A program made the translations under genes and the position numbers. 64,000 nucleotides of DNA, taken from contig JBHGNT010000010.1 in NCBI GenBank assembly GCA_043228905.1, positions 11,346,001 to 11,410,000 on the forward strand, read 5' to 3'. The notes beneath the pieces were generated by a model. The model did not search any database and was not told the origin of the DNA. It saw only the letters and a program-made list of their open reading frames with translations. This DNA comes from Azolla caroliniana (taxonomy: Eukaryota; Plantae; Polypodiophyta). Every line of letters starts with the position of its first letter. Positions within the stretch are counted from its first letter, which is position 1. Shown piece by piece: positions 36,753 through 51,290 of this stretch.

Positions 36753-37028
36753 AGTTTTTTGTATCTATTGTAACCGCTTGTTGGCAAAGATATTGAGCAA
36801 AAGGCCGTTGCCTCTGTGTCTCCTTTGTATCCTACCTCTTTTCCATAGTGATCAGTTTTGGAGTTAGTGGACTCCCGCGGTTTTACTTCTCGAGGTTTTC
36901 CATGTTAATATAATGTGTCCTCTCATTTTTGTGTAGGTGCATTCATCTCTATTTCTGTTCTATTTCTTCCATAGTGAGTTTAGAACTCGAGGCCGAGAGC
37001 GATTCTTTTAGTAACGTAGTCTTCAACG
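36412..37028 (+). mobile_element. Diverged family-B-related Copia 3' end and LTR
   Basis: ...CCCATGCTGGAGTGAAGAGAGAGTT then TGTTGGGAAAACC (LTR from 36465), with the same layout as B LTRs ((GA)n, TGTAACCGC, GGTTTTCCA.GTTAA). Confidence 0.75.
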
Positions 37029-37129
37029 AAGACTCTTAGTATACTCTCCAACCGTTCCCAGCCAAAAATCGACAAAAAAGTCATGTTCGACCTTTCGGAG
37101 AAAGAATCTGAAGAAGACACGCCAATTGT

Positions 37130-38319
37130 CAAATACAAATAGGCTATCTAACGAAATGTCAAAACCATGCAAACACCATGCAATACACATTTGAATTGTG
37201 TTGAGCGAGTCTTACAATATGTTAGTGGAACCATGGATAGACGCATCTTCGACAAGGAAGGAATGTAATTATTCGACTAGAAGGATACACCGATGCCGAC
37301 TGGGCTGGTAGTGTGTCCGATCAACGGTCAACATCTGGTTTCGTTTTCTCACTAGGAAGTGGAGCGATCTCATGGAGTAGCACGAAGCAACCGATAGTTG
37401 CATTGTCAAGCACTAAAGCCGAGTATAGGGGCGCGGTTGTCACCACATGTGAAGCAATTTGGCTAAAGTAGCTACTAAAGAACTAAAATGAATCGGTCGA
37501 TGAACCGATATATATCTACTTCGACAGAATCTGGTTTTCCATGCCCGGACAAAGCACATTGAAGTGCACTATCATTATGTTCAGGAACGCATCATCACGG
37601 GAGACATCGATCTCCAACACATCGGCACTGACTAGCAAACGGTTGATATCTTCACCAATCCTCTTGGAGTAGACAAGCTTCAGCAAATTTCGATGGCACT
37701 TGGCCTTCGGCCACTCGTCATTGAAAGCTTGAGGGGGAGGAACGTCGAGCTAAGATTGGATAGTCAAAAGCCGAAAGCATGAAAGTCAAAAGCCAAGAGC
37801 AGTAGAACATAATACTTGAGCTTGAAGGGGCATGTTGAGATATCAAGTTCGGCTAGTTTACTCATTTTCTCAATCATGTAACCTAATAGTTACATAATTA
37901 GAATCTAGTTAGTATGTTGACTATGAAGACTTAAATAGGATTTTGTACATCATAATTAAGTAGGATATATTCTAGATTCCCCACTATCAAACTCATTTAA
38001 GATAGGACTTACACCCTTGTACTTATATTCTCTTCCCACAAATGTATTATGCACCCTTGCACACCAGATGTATTTATCCCCATTGTGGGCATTTTTGTAA
38101 CTTGATACCTTTTAGTATAAGGTATAGTCTTTAAGCAATACTTCTCTTGGTTATCCCCCCATTAAGTGTAATTTTCATTATTTTCTTGTGGAGAACTCGT
38201 CTTATCACACGCATATACACACACATCTTACAAGCTTCCGTTGCTTAATCACATACATGATTAACCACTCATATAATTAGATATTAATTAACTCATAGTT
38301 AATTATCTAATTATTAACA
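37130..38319 (+). mobile_element. Degenerate Copia RT/RH remnant and 3' LTR related to family D
   Basis: GYTDADWAG, SWSSTKQPIVALSST and HARTKHIEVHYH remnants; PPT TTGAAGGGGCA; LTR 37833-38319 (TGTTGAGA...TAATTATTAACA) matches the D LTR ends. Confidence 0.85.
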
Positions 38320-39234
38320 ATTGGTTTATACTATATTTTTGTTATGTAATAGATTATGTCGAAATATATTCAAGAAATAGTTTGTTTTAAGGAATGTTGT
38401 TTTGATTGATTATCTTTGTTTTGTAAAACATTTGTTATTTTGTGAGTTTGATAATTCTCATTTTTGTTGACATTGTAGACATTAAAGGGTATGAATCACT
38501 TGCAACAAAGGCCAACATTTGTGTGGAAACATTTGATATTGCAACCTATTATGAGGGACCTATTTTGAGAGTAGATGTAGAAACACAAACCACCATTATG
38601 GTTAATCTAGTAGATGAACAATGTGGTGCAGTTGGTCTAAGTTTGCAGGTAGATGTGACAATTAATACTATTGGGCTCATCCCGACCATAGCAGTAGCAA
38701 CAAGCATGGAGGTAACGATTCTTTGTTGTAAGATAGATATTGCATTTCATATCCAAGACCTACAAACAGAATGCTTGTCTTTCCCAAGTGTGCAATCTTG
38801 AGCAAATGAGGTTGAATCCAAACCCAAAGGAACCTGAACAAATAGGGGGTATGAAGAGGAAGAGGACATTTTTAGAAATACCTAAACATTCACAAATTTT
38901 GTTTTATTGTGTTAGAAGACACGCCAGAAAACCACTTAGTGAAAACTCCTTACATTGAACTTCAAACATGGTTATGCACTCCATACCATGGTAACGATGT
39001 AGACAACCTATGTAGTGAGGTTCCACTAAATTCGAAGAGCTTGGCCATTTATCACAAATTTGTACAAGAATCATAACCTTGAATGTATTCCAATTGATGT
39101 ACTTGTTTAATATTCCTACTAATGAATTTAATTGAAATACTTTTTTATCAATCTCATTTCAAGAGTTAAATTGTTTAAATAATGTCATGATTCTGGTCAT
39201 TTATTCATGATTCTGGTCATTTATTCTATCTTAC

Positions 39235-42200
39235 TGTTGAGAGACAAGCTCAACATCGGCCGGATCGGCTGAAGAAGCCGAGGACCGGATCGGTTGGGAC
39301 CGATCAGTTAGGCCGAGTGCGTAAACGGGGAGGTCGTTAGGAAAGATATTCCGTGAGGAATATATTTGGGAGTTAGTGTAGGAGCTCTTGATGAGCATTG
39401 AAGTACTGTCAGTACTTCGGTCAGTCCTTCTAGGACTTGTATAAAAGTGCTCACTGAGCACGTCTTATGTACAGACTGAGTATTATAGTTGAACATAGTT
39501 TTTTGTGTTTCTCTCTTTGTCTCTCCTGCGTATACCATGTAAGCTCAAGCTCTCCATTAAACCTGAGTTTCCTCTCTTCTGTTCAGTCTTCATACTTGCT
39601 TCCGCACGCTACTTTCTACATGGTATCAGAGCGCGAGGGTTGAGAACCTCTCTACAGCCGACACAGCTTGACGAAGAAGAACGAGAAGAACGATGGATAG
39701 AGGCATGGCGAGCTCGCTTCCAACAGAGAAGCTCGACAGAACCAACTACGCGTCTTGGTCCTACAAGATGCACCAGTACCTGCTCGGGCACGGCTACTAG
39801 AGTTATGTCGAAGGAGCTAATGATGCGGCACCCGAATCGACACACAGAGACTTCCCGTCGTGGGAGCAATCGGCGAGCAGGGTATTGTATTGCTTCGCGT
39901 CATGTGTGGGCGAACAGCTATTGAGCTATGTTTGGGATGCAAAGACGCCGAAGGGTGCGTGAGAAAATCTGAAGAAGATTTTCGCCTCGAGCACCACAGC
40001 CAGGAAGCTTCAGCTCCGACAGGAGTTGAGCAACCTACGACAACGCGACTTGTCGGTGGCGGACTATACCTCGAAGATCAAGGATATCTGCGACTCCCTC
40101 GCCTCCATAGAGGTGAACATCGAGGAGAGCGAGATGGTCCAGATCTGTCTCGGAGGTTTGGCGTCGAAGTTCGGAGCGTTCTGAACGGTTGTGTGTACCC
40201 GGGAGAATACGTCGTCCTTTTTTGACTTACAGTCGATGCTCCTGGTAGAGGAGAACCACGCGGGTGCGTCGACAAGCACGCACACCAACAGTAAGATGTT
40301 GTACACGGAGGGAGAAAGGCCTCGTGGTCATGGCGAACGAGGCGAGTCGGTACGCAATGGAAGCGGCCGACGAGATCAAGGAAGAAGGCACCGAAGTGAT
40401 GCCGATAGCAACTCCGGACCCTCCGGAAACAGGGGCAGTCGAAGCGATGAGAACCGGCAAGGGAAGGCCATCGCGGAGTGCTGGTACTGTGGCAAGAAAG
40501 GCCACAAGGAAAGTGAGTGCTGGAAGAAGCGCGCCGATTCGGAGAGAAATGGCTCCAGAAATACCGACAAGGGAAATCGGCAACAATCGCACTACGCCGA
40601 AGACTCCGGGAGAGCCAGAGAAGGGTCTGCCTTCATGTCGAGACACGAAGCAAACTCAACGAAACAGAGCACCCCGAGTTTGGACGAGGTGTGGTACGTA
40701 GACTCCGGCGCGTCAAACCACATGACGAGCCATAAGGAGTGGTTCTCGTACCTTGAAAAACCGATACAACCGAGAGTAGTCGCAATAGGAGACGACACTC
40801 CGCATCCGATCGTGAATGTCGGAGAAGTTCCCCTTAGCCATGTCGGGCAGAAAGGGAAACTCATGAACGTGTTGCACGTTCCGACAATCACGAAGAACTT
40901 GGTCTCGGTCGGAAAGATCGTCGACCAAGGGATGGAGGTTCGGTTTACACACCTCGGGTGCTTCATTGAGGAAGAAGGCCGTGTGATTGCGCAAGGGCGC
41001 AGAGACGGGAGGATGTTCATCCTCGACTCCACTGACGGCGGCACCGCAATGTTTGCGAAGGGACAAAAGACCGAGTCGGACATCGACTTGTGGCACAAGC
41101 GGATAGGCCATGTCAACCACCAGCGGCTTCAAGATCTGCAATCGAAACAGGTAGTGTTCGGATTGCCCAAATTTAGTGGCCGAAAGGCACAAATTTGTGA
41201 AGCCTGCCAGCTCGGGAAGCAACACCGACTTCCCTTCCCCAACGAGCGAAACTGGAGCCGGAACAAGATCCACCTTATACACTCCGATGTATGGGGGCCA
41301 GCACAAAACGTTAGTCTTGGCGGGAGCCGATATTTCGTCTCCTTCATTGACGACCACACGCGGCACATGTGGATCTACCTCATTGAGAGGAAGAGCGAAG
41401 TCTTCGACTGTTTCCGGGACCTCAAAGGGTTCCTGGAAGCCGAAACGGGACGAAAGATCAAGTGCCTGCAGTCGGATGGCGGGAAAGAGTACTTTTCCGG
41501 TCAATTCAACGGTTACCTACAACAAATGGGAATTCGCCATGAATTCAGTTGTAGATACACGCCAGAGCAGAACGGCATGGCCGAGAGAAAGAATCGGTCA
41601 GTTGTGGAAGCGGCACGGGCAATGCTGGAAGAGAAGAGCTTGCCCAAGTTCTACTGGGCCGAGGCGGTAAAGACCGCGGTATACATCCAGAACCGGATTG
41701 GAGACAAAGTGTCAGCGCACGAGCTATATTTCGGAACAAAGCCGAACTTGCGACACTTGAGGGTGTTCGATAGCATTGCGCATGTGCATATACCGAAGGA
41801 GAAAAGGAGGAAGCTGGATGCAAAGGCCGAGAAATGCATCTTGGTCGGTTACTCGGACGAGCAGAAGGGTTATAAGTGGTATAACCCTCGCACCAAACAA
41901 GCGCGTGACAGCCGCGACGTTGTGTTTGACGAGTCCGCGTCCTGGTCCTGTCCCCGACTACGAACCTTGACTCCAATCCGAGCTCTGACGTGTTGGAAGA
42001 CAGGTCCCTCCGGATGGGAAGGGAGAAGAACAATGTCGACGAACAAACTCGGCCGAGGCCGAAACGGTATGAACCGGATGGGGAGAACCCGACTTCGGAG
42101 AGTCGGATGGTGTAGGCCCGGTATGAACCGGATGAGGAGTACCCGACTGCGGAGAGTCGGATGGTGTAGGCCCGGTATGAACCGGATGAGGAGTACCCGA

Positions 42201-45200
42201 CTGCGGAGAGCCGGATGGAGCCCATCAAGGCTACATTTGTAAATAGCCGAAAAGTCATATTAGTATAAATATGACTTAGGGCAAACTTTTTAGTTACAGT
42301 TGTCGTTTTTGTGTGGTTATTCTTTCTTGTTGGTGCAAGAAGAAATCAGAGCGCGTAACTGTACAGAGAGAGAGAGAGAGGGAAAAGAGAGAGAGAGACG
42401 AGGTCGTTGCCTCTGTTGTAACCGCCGCCTGTGGCGAAGATCTGTGAACACGAGGTCGTTGCCTCAGTGATCTCACTGGTGTATATTTCTGCATAGTGAC
42501 AGTTTGCAGCTCGTGGGCTGCCGTGGTTTTTCCCCTATTTTGGGGTTTTCCACATATACCTCCTGTGTACCATTTCTCCTCTTCTTTTTCTTTTGTGTCG
42601 CGTTTCATTACCTGTTTTCTGTGTATGAAAAGAATCTCGGTTGTGGCCGAGCGTCGGACATAAGGAACGTCGAGTTCCCAACAAGTGGTATCAGAGCGAA
42701 ATTGACACAGAAAATGGACGAATCGTTTGGCGGCATGTTCAAGCTCACCGGCTCCAACTATTCAGTGTGGAAGTCGAAGATGAGGGACATGCTCGTGGTT
42801 AAAGACCTCTGGCTGCCGGTTCAGTTCGGGGACAAGAGACCGGACAAAATCGACGCCGCGATATGGGAGGTGATGCACATGAAGACAACGGCGTACATAC
42901 GGTGCTTCATCGACATGAGCCTGTACAACAACTTCAATGAAGAGAGTAAGGCTCATGAGCTCTGGGAGAAGATCGGCACAATGTTCCAGAACAAAAATGT
43001 TGTCAATCAGGCGTCGGTATTCCGGAAGCTTGTAAGACTCCGGTACCAAGATGGCTCCAGCATGGCGGAGCATATGAATGCCTTCCAGGGGCTGATTCAC
43101 CAGGCAACGTCATTGGAAGTACCTCTTGCCGATGAGGTCCTAGCGCTACTCCTGCTCGGTTCCCTCCCGGATAGCTGGGAGACGTTAGTTGTTACTTTGG
43201 GCAACGCCGGGCCGGAAGGAAAACGACTATCCCTAGCAAGAGTAAAGTCGAGCTTGCTAGATGAGGAGGCTCGTCGGAAAGACAAAGATACGAGCTTCAA
43301 CTCCAAAGCGCTCCTTACCGAATCGGAACGCGGAAGACAGAGAAACCGTAGTCCCCAGAACCGGGAGAAGTCGGGGACACGATCAAAGTCAAGGGGGAGG
43401 CCTACTTGCTTCTATTGCGGCAAGCCGGGACACTTCCAAAAGAACTGTCGGCATTTCCGTAAAGACAAGGAAACCGACGGTACCGATTCGAAGCAAACCC
43501 CGAACCGGAACGGTACAGACCGGAACGGTAAAGACCGGAGGGGGCCGGACCGGAAGGGAACGACGGCAATTGCAGCAAGTGAAGAGGAGTTGATGCTCAT
43601 CACCGAAGAGAGTGAGATAAACCATGCCGGCGATGAGATGACCTGGGTGGTAGACTCCAGAGCGTCGTTCCACCTTACCCCGGACCGGAAATGCTTCTCA
43701 TCCTACTCAGCCGGTAATCACGGCTGTGTCCGGATGGGGAATGAAGGAACATGCTGAATTGTCGGCATAGGAGACGTGTGGCTGACAACACCAACCGGAT
43801 GCAAGTTGCTGTTGAAAGATGTCCGACACGTTCCGGAAGTTCGTCTGAACCTGATATCAGCCGGTCGGCTAGATGATGAAGGCTACACGGGTAGCATCCG
43901 GAACGGTGTCATGAAGTTCAGCAAAGGGAGCCTGATTGTGGCTCGGGCCCGGAAGGTAAACACCCTGTACCTGATGAATGCCCGGTTATGTCCGGAAGAA
44001 GTGAACGTGGCCTCCGACACTGCCGGTGAGTTGTGGCACAAGAGGCTATGTCACATGAGTGAGAAGGGGATGAAGAGGCTTGGAGACGACAACCTCATTC
44101 CAGTTAAGAACGTGCACTTAGAGAAGTGCACTGATTGTCTGGCCGGTAAGCAGAACCGGACCTCCTTCCGACCAAGGCCACCGATGAGACGTAATGCACC
44201 ACTGGAGTTGGTGCATACGGATGTTTGTCAAGTAGACACAAAATCACATGCCGGAGCGCAGTACTTCGTGACGTTCATAGATGACCACAGCCGGAAGCTG
44301 TGGGCCACACCGCTGAAGACGAAGGATCAGGTGTTATCCGTCTTCAAAGAGCTCCACGCGAGAGTGGAAAGAGAAACCGGCCGGAAGCTGAAGGCGGTTC
44401 GAGCAGATAACGGAGGTGAGTACCGGGGGCAGTTCGAGGAGTACTGCCGCTCGAAGGGAATCCGGCTCGAATTTACCGTGCCGAAGACGCCGGAGCTAAA
44501 CGGACTGGCCGAGAGGATGAACCGGACCATAATGGAGAGGGTCCGGAGTATGCTAGCGCATGCAAAACTACCCAAGTAGTTTTGGGCTGAGGCATTGTCG
44601 ACGGCGACATATGTGATAAACAGATCACCCTCAGTACCCCTGGACGGAGACACGCCACAGAGAGTATGGACCGGTAAGGAAGTGTCCTACCAGCATCTAA
44701 GGGTGTTCGGGTGTCTCGCGTACGTGCATGTAGCAAAGGACCGAAGAGGAAAGCTAGATCCAAAGACCCGGCCATGCATATTCCTCGGTTACGGTGACGA
44801 CGAGTTCGGCTACCGAGTGTGGGACCCGGTCGACAAGAAGGTATTCCGGAGTCGAGATATTATCTTCATGGAGGACAAGACGCTCGCCGACTGGGAGTCG
44901 GAGAAGAAGATAGTGAACTCCGAGTCGACCGGTAAGGATAGACTCTACAATGAGCAGACCCAACCGGCAAGAGACCGGTTAGCACTCGAGGAACCAACCG
45001 GTTACGGTGAGGATACCGAACCGGCAGAAGAAGAAGTAGAGGAAGCTGAGACCGGAACCGGTCAAGATCCCGAATCGGATTCGGATGAAGAGCAAATGGA
45101 GGAACCGATTACCTCTCAGAGAGAGAAGGGCGCCCCAGAGATTTCCGGATGCAGAGCATGTCCTGCTAACCGATGAGGGGGAGCCGGAAAGCTTCGAAGA

Positions 45201-48200
45201 AGCGAAGGAAGACATCCACAGCCGAAAATGGTTAAGTGCCATGCAGGATGAGATGGATTCCCTGCATGAGAACCATACGTACGAATTGGTGGAGCTACCG
45301 AAAGAAAAGCGGGCACTCCGAAACAAGTGGGTGTTCAAGTTGAAACCGGGAGATGCCGGCAACCCCCCGAGATACAAAGCCAGGATCGTGGTGAAGGGGT
45401 TCCAACAGAAGAAGGGCGTGGACTTCGACGAAATATTCGCCCCGGTAGTAAAGATGACCTCCATCCGGACGGTGCTGAGTATAGCAGCAAGCATGGATCT
45501 CAAGGTAGAGCAGCTGGACGTGAAGACGGCATTCCTCCACGGCGACCTCGAAGAGGAAATCTACATGCAGCCACCGGAAGGATTTGTGGAGAAAGGGAAG
45601 GAGCACCTAGTATGCCGGTTGAAGAAGAGCCTGTATGGACTGAAGCAGGCTCCCCGGCAATGGTATCGGAAGTTCGACTCCTTCATGACCGATCAAGGGT
45701 ACCACAAGACGCAGGCCGATCACTGCGTGTTTGTGAAGAAGTTCGAAGGAGGGGACTTCCTGATACTGCTCCTGTACGTGGATGACATGTTGATCGTCGG
45801 ACGAGACCAAGGCAAAATACGGATGCTGAAGAAGGCTCTCAACCGGACCTTCTCAATGAAAGACCTGGGTCCGGCAAGACAGATGTTGGGGATGCACATC
45901 ATTCGGGACCGGTCAGTGAAGCAACTATGGCTGTCACAGGAGAAGTATGTGACAAAGGTGCTTCACCGGTTCAACATGTCAGATGCAAAACCGGTCGGAT
46001 CGACACTACCGGCAAACTGCAAGTTGTCCGGCAAGCAAAGCCCGAAGACAAAAGGAGAGAAGGAAGATATGATGAAGATTCCATATGCCTCTGCCGTCGG
46101 GAGCTTGATGTACGCAATGGTTTGTACCCGACCGGACATTGGATACGCAGTCGGAGTGGTGAGCCGGTTCATGAGTAATCCCGGCAAGGAGCATTGGAAC
46201 ACGGTCAAATGGATACTCCGGTATTTGAAGGGCACTTCAAATATGTGTCTCCGATTCGGCTCCGGAAAACCCCAACTGGACGGTTTCACCGATTCGGACA
46301 TGTCGGCTGATGTGGATACCAGCCGGTCTACATCCGGGTATGTGATGACATATGCAGGGGGAGCTGTTTCGTGGCAGTCGAGGCTGCAGAAGACGGTTGC
46401 ATTGTCAACCACAGAGGCGGAGTACATGGCGGCTGTAGAAGCCGGCAAGGAAATATTATGGATGAAGGACTTCATCGGAGAGCTCGGCATCCGGCAAGAG
46501 GAATACCGACTCTACTGCGACAGTCAAAGTGCCATCCACCTTGCTAAGAATGCGGCCTACCATTCCCGGACGAAGCATATCCAGCGGAGGTATCACTGGA
46601 TCCGGGAAAGGGTAGATGACCAGGAGTTCGCATTGGCGAAGATCCACACGGCCGAGAACGGGTCAGATATGCTGACCAAAGTGCTGACACCCGACAAGCT
46701 GGACGCATGCCGGAAGAGGATCGGGCTGGAAAGAAACCCCATGCCGGAGTGAAGGGGGAGTTTGTTGGAAGACAGGTCCCTCCGGATGGGAAGGGAGAAG
46801 AACAGTGCTGACGGACATAAGGAACGTCGAGTTCCCAACATGACGATGAGGTCAGCGAGGCCGAGATGCCTCTGGATGAGCCCAAAATCGAGACCCGCGA
46901 AGAGAGTCCGATTTCACTCCGTTTAAGTGGACCGGTTGGACGACTGAGTCGGTACGACCAGTCCGATGAAGAGCCGATGAGTAGTGGAGACTCGGCCGTG
47001 CATTCCCCGCGCAGGAAGCCGAGGAGACGGCTTATGCGCAAAGAGAAAGGAAAGAAGAAGGTGTCTGATTCCGGCACGGAAAGGAACGAGTCAGACCGAC
47101 GCGAGTCCGACTCCGAGGGAACCGGTGACGGGTCTTTAAAGGTGAAGACCGCGTCGACCGAGAAGGCCTCGACATCGGCTAATGTGAGATTACGCCGATC
47201 GACCTGCCAGAAGAACCCAGTTGTGTGGTTCGGATACAACGAGTACATGGCGCATCATTATGCGTACATGACCCGTGTAGCGGAAGTGCATGAGCCGGAG
47301 AGCTACGCAGAAGCGGCTAAAGACGCGAATTGGCGTGCCGCGATGGAGGAAGAGATGCACGCATTAGCGGAGAACGAGACGTGGGACTTAGTTGACGTAC
47401 CGAAGGGGGTAAAACCGATCGGGTGTAGGTGGGTGTACAAGGTCAAGTACAACACCGATGGCTCGGTCAACCGGTACAAGGCCCGGCTAGTGGCAAAGGG
47501 CTACGCGCAGAAACACGGCATCGACTACGATGAGACGTTTGCGCCGGTCGCGAAAATGACGATCGTCCGTGTTTTGCTCGCAGTAGCTGCGGCGAAGGGG
47601 TGGCACTTACATCAGATGGATGTAAAGAATGCGTTCCTGCAAGGTGACCTTGAGGAACAGGTGTACATGGTACAGCCCCCCGGATTTCACTCTGGTACGA
47701 ACTCCTCGGCAGTATGCCGACTGAAGAAGTCCCTTTACGGACTGAAGCAAGCCCCACGTGCCTGGAACGCGAAGATCATGCAACAACTGCGTCGGATGGG
47801 CTTCGTCACGTCAAAATCGGACTCTTCCCTATTCATCCGGAAAGGTCGACTCGGACCGGTTAGTATTCTACAATATATTGATGACTTGGTCATCACCGGC
47901 GCCGACCTAGGTGAAATCGACCGCGTGAAGCTCCAGCTTGCGGCATCGTTCGACATGAAGGATCTTGGGGACCTTCATTACTTCCTCGGGATCAAAGTGA
48001 TCCGTACCCCCGAAGGCATATTGATCAGCCAACGTCATTACGTGCTGAGTATGCTCTTCAAACTCGGGAGGGCCGACTGTAAGTCCGTCTCGACTCCTCT
48101 GGACAGAACCGTCAAGCTTCGTCCCGATACGGGAAAGGTATGTGACCCGACAAGGTTCCGACAAATTGTCGGAAGCCTCATATACTTGACCATCACCCGA

Positions 48201-49616
48201 CCTGACCTCAGTTATCCGGTCGGGGTGATCAGTCAGTTCATGGCGCGACCTACCGAGGAGCACCTTCAGTGTGCGCAACGCGTACTGCGGTACGTAAGTG
48301 GCACTAAGGACCGAGGACTGCTATATCGGACCGGTGCAGCTGTGCAGTTAGTCGGCTACACCGATGCTGATTGGGCTGGCAACGCCGCTGATCGCCGATC
48401 CACGTTTGGATACGCGTTCTCCCTCGGGAGTGTCACGATCGCGTGGAGCAGTAAGAAGCAACCGACAGTTGCACTGTCGAGCACCGAAGCTGAGTACTGA
48501 GGAGCGGCTTTCGCGACATGCGAAGCCATATGGTTCAAGCGGTTACTTAAGGACCTGCGAGAGGAGGTGTCCGATCCAACGACGATCTACTACGACAACC
48601 TCAGCAGCATCCAACTCGCGAAGAACCCCGTTTTCCACGCACGGACCAAGCACATTGAAGTGCACTACCATTTCGTCCGTGAGCGTGTCCTTTCCGGTGA
48701 AGTCGAACTTCAGTACGTTCCGACGGATCGGCAGACTGCCGACATCTTCACCAAGCCTCTCGGTCTGGACAAGTTGCGGCAATTCTCAGGTGCGCTCGGT
48801 TTGCGTCACCTTAACGTGCCGAACTTGAGGGGGAGAACAGTCCCGAACGACCAAGCAAGGCAGCAAGAAAGGAGCGGACACTGCGACACCGAGTCGGTTG
48901 ACAAGTTTGAAAAGATCGAAGACGAGTTGGAGACAGCCAACTCGGACAAGAGCGAAGACCGATCGGAGGTAGCCGAGTCGGTTCGGATGTTTGATTCAGA
49001 CACGCTGAATCAGCTGAGGCCCAAGCAGAAGAAAAGGCAGCAGAAGAAGCGTCAACACCGCAACAACAGAAGAGCTGATGAGGGCCACATGAGCAGACAA
49101 GCCGACCGGAAGGGTCGAAGCGCACGGAGTCGAACAGGTCGAGGAGCGCGAGCGAGGCGTGAAGCCAGGAGGAACCGGAGTTGTGAGCCCGAGGATCCCG
49201 AAGAGCCTCAAGATTGAGCTTGAGGGGGAGTGTTGAGAGACAAGCTCAACATCGGCCGGATCGGTTGAAGAAGCCGAGGACCGGATCGGTTGGGACCGAT
49301 CGGTTAGGCCGAGTGCGTAAACCGGGAGGTCGTTAGGAAAGATATTCCGTGAGGAATATATTTGGGAGTTAGTGTAGGAGCTCTTAATGAGCATTGAAGC
49401 AATGTCAGTACTTCGGTCAGTCCTTCTAGGACTTGTATAAAAGTGCTCACTGAGCACGTCTTATGTACAGACTGAGTATTATAGTTGAACATAGTTTTTT
49501 GTGTTTCTCTCTTTGTCTCTCCTGCGTATACCGTGTAAGCTCAAGCTCTCCATTAAACCTGAGTTTCCTCTCTTTTGTTCGGTCTTCATACTTGCTTCCG
49601 CACGCTACTTTCTACA
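39235..49616 (+). mobile_element. Ty1/Copia element A2, full length, carrying nested B2
   Basis: 386-bp LTRs 39235-39620 and 49231-49616; TSD CTTAC; iMet PBS 39621-39632; PPT GAGGGGGAG; gag-INT at 39705-41990 and RT-RH at 46846-49217. Confidence 0.97.
41991..46840 (+). mobile_element. Ty1/Copia element B2 inserted in the INT-RT linker of A2
   Basis: TSD TGACG at 41986-41990 and 46841-46845; 5' LTR 41991-42683; PBS 42686-42697; gag-pol 42714-46752; internally deleted 3' LTR 46763-46840. Confidence 0.96.
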
Positions 49617-50107
49617 CTTACCAAAGTGTTATTGTAAAACATGAAACATACTAGACAGGATTATTCAGTGGAAATTAGAAATGCAAACTTTCTGAATTAG
49701 GACACATATTTTATTAGAGTGATCATGTCAAGTAGGGAAAATACCATAACACTTCATATGTAGAAATTAGACTAGCAAACTTTCGGGATCAAAATAGGAA
49801 TGTGAAATACCAGAGTATTAAATATGTTCAAGATAGCATACAAGACCAGAGTGAATACCAAACAAACTAAATAAAAGCCATGTTTGTATTATAAATGAAG
49901 AGTGTATAAAATACAATTGCTTTTCCCATTTTAAAACAAGTATTATCTAGGGTATGCTAAAAATTCCATGACATATTGTTATAAATATACTCGCACACAC
50001 TTGCACTAATTGTATAAATTTGTGCAACTCTCGTATTGCGACACCAGTATTTTGATGCACCTCACTTAATGAGAGTACATGTATCGTATTGGTTTGTCTT
50101 CCAAAAT

Positions 50108-50596
50108 TGTCACAGACAACACCAACCGTAGACTACAACAAACCACAGATGACAAGGATACAACCGATAAAGTTACGAACGTGGAACTCGACGTGATGAG
50201 GCTAGAGACTCGCGAAGTTTGGAGCAATGAGATGAGGAACTTAAGACACTAGGAACAATACAAGAGCATAAAGATAGAGATGTAAATCAAGGAGAGAAGA
50301 TGGGGCTAAACAAGAATACTAGATTGATGTGTCAATGTCTCGCGTTGAATCCCTTGAAAGGGACCAAGGAGATTACAAGTATTTATACATGTTTGTGGGC
50401 TCTATATGTAGTTCCATGCATAGACCCATTTTCATGCAGAAGCTTCTAAAAACTCCTAGAACTTGGAATAGATAATCTACTAACATATGCATAACATGAC
50501 TATGTATTTATATGTGTTGGTTAGAACAAAACACTTGACTATATACAAGAGATGAAGAGTTTGAATCTTGACATGACTGTAGTCATGTTTGTGACA
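50108..50596 (-). repeat. 3' LTR of a truncated LTR retrotransposon
   Basis: TGTCACA...TGTGACA termini; PPT-like AAAGGGGAGGATAA immediately upstream on the minus strand (50597-50611); partial second copy at 54613-54848. Confidence 0.75.
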
Positions 50597-51238
50597 TTAT
50601 CCTCCCCTTTACGACCGCCTTTTCGAAAGCGTGGTGTAGGGATGAGCTGAAAGAGAAAACCGAAGTCGGTTGAGGAGTGAGTGACCATGAGCATTGTTGG
50701 GCAAAGTCCTAGGAACAGTGTTTGCGTTCCGGTTAGGTTTGGACTTTTGCTGGCCAAGGTTGGGGATAGCTAGAATTGATTCCGGCCAGGTTTTTGTACG
50801 AACCAGAATCTAGCCAATTCATATTATTTGAACTGGCTATTTATATAGTTTTGTAAGAAATAAATAAAAAAGTAAAAAGTGTTTTTGTTTCCCCCTCTTT
50901 TTTCCCTCTTTCCCCCTCTTTTCGTGTGATAGGATCTGTCATTTGATTTTCTTCTGCTCGCTTCTCAATCCTCCTCTCTCCTTGCTGTCATTGGCAACTA
51001 CTCCTTGCTCCCTTCTCGAGCTCGATGTTCATTGACAATTGATTTCCTTCTACTCGTTGCTCGAAGCTTGTCGTTCCCTGCTCGTCGATTGCACAACATC
51101 TCCAACTCTCTACTCTAAGGTATGTCTCTCTCTCACTCTCACTCTTTATGCACCCATGCATGTTGTCTCATACCTCTCTCTCAATATGATACTACTACTC
51201 TCCACCTCATCGTTTACAAAATATGTTAATGTAGGAAC

Positions 51239-51290
<52 letters not shown>

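Noticed and set aside
38442-38958. Host gene exons
   Set aside because: Short AT-rich ORFs with no recognisable homology or consistent splice pattern.
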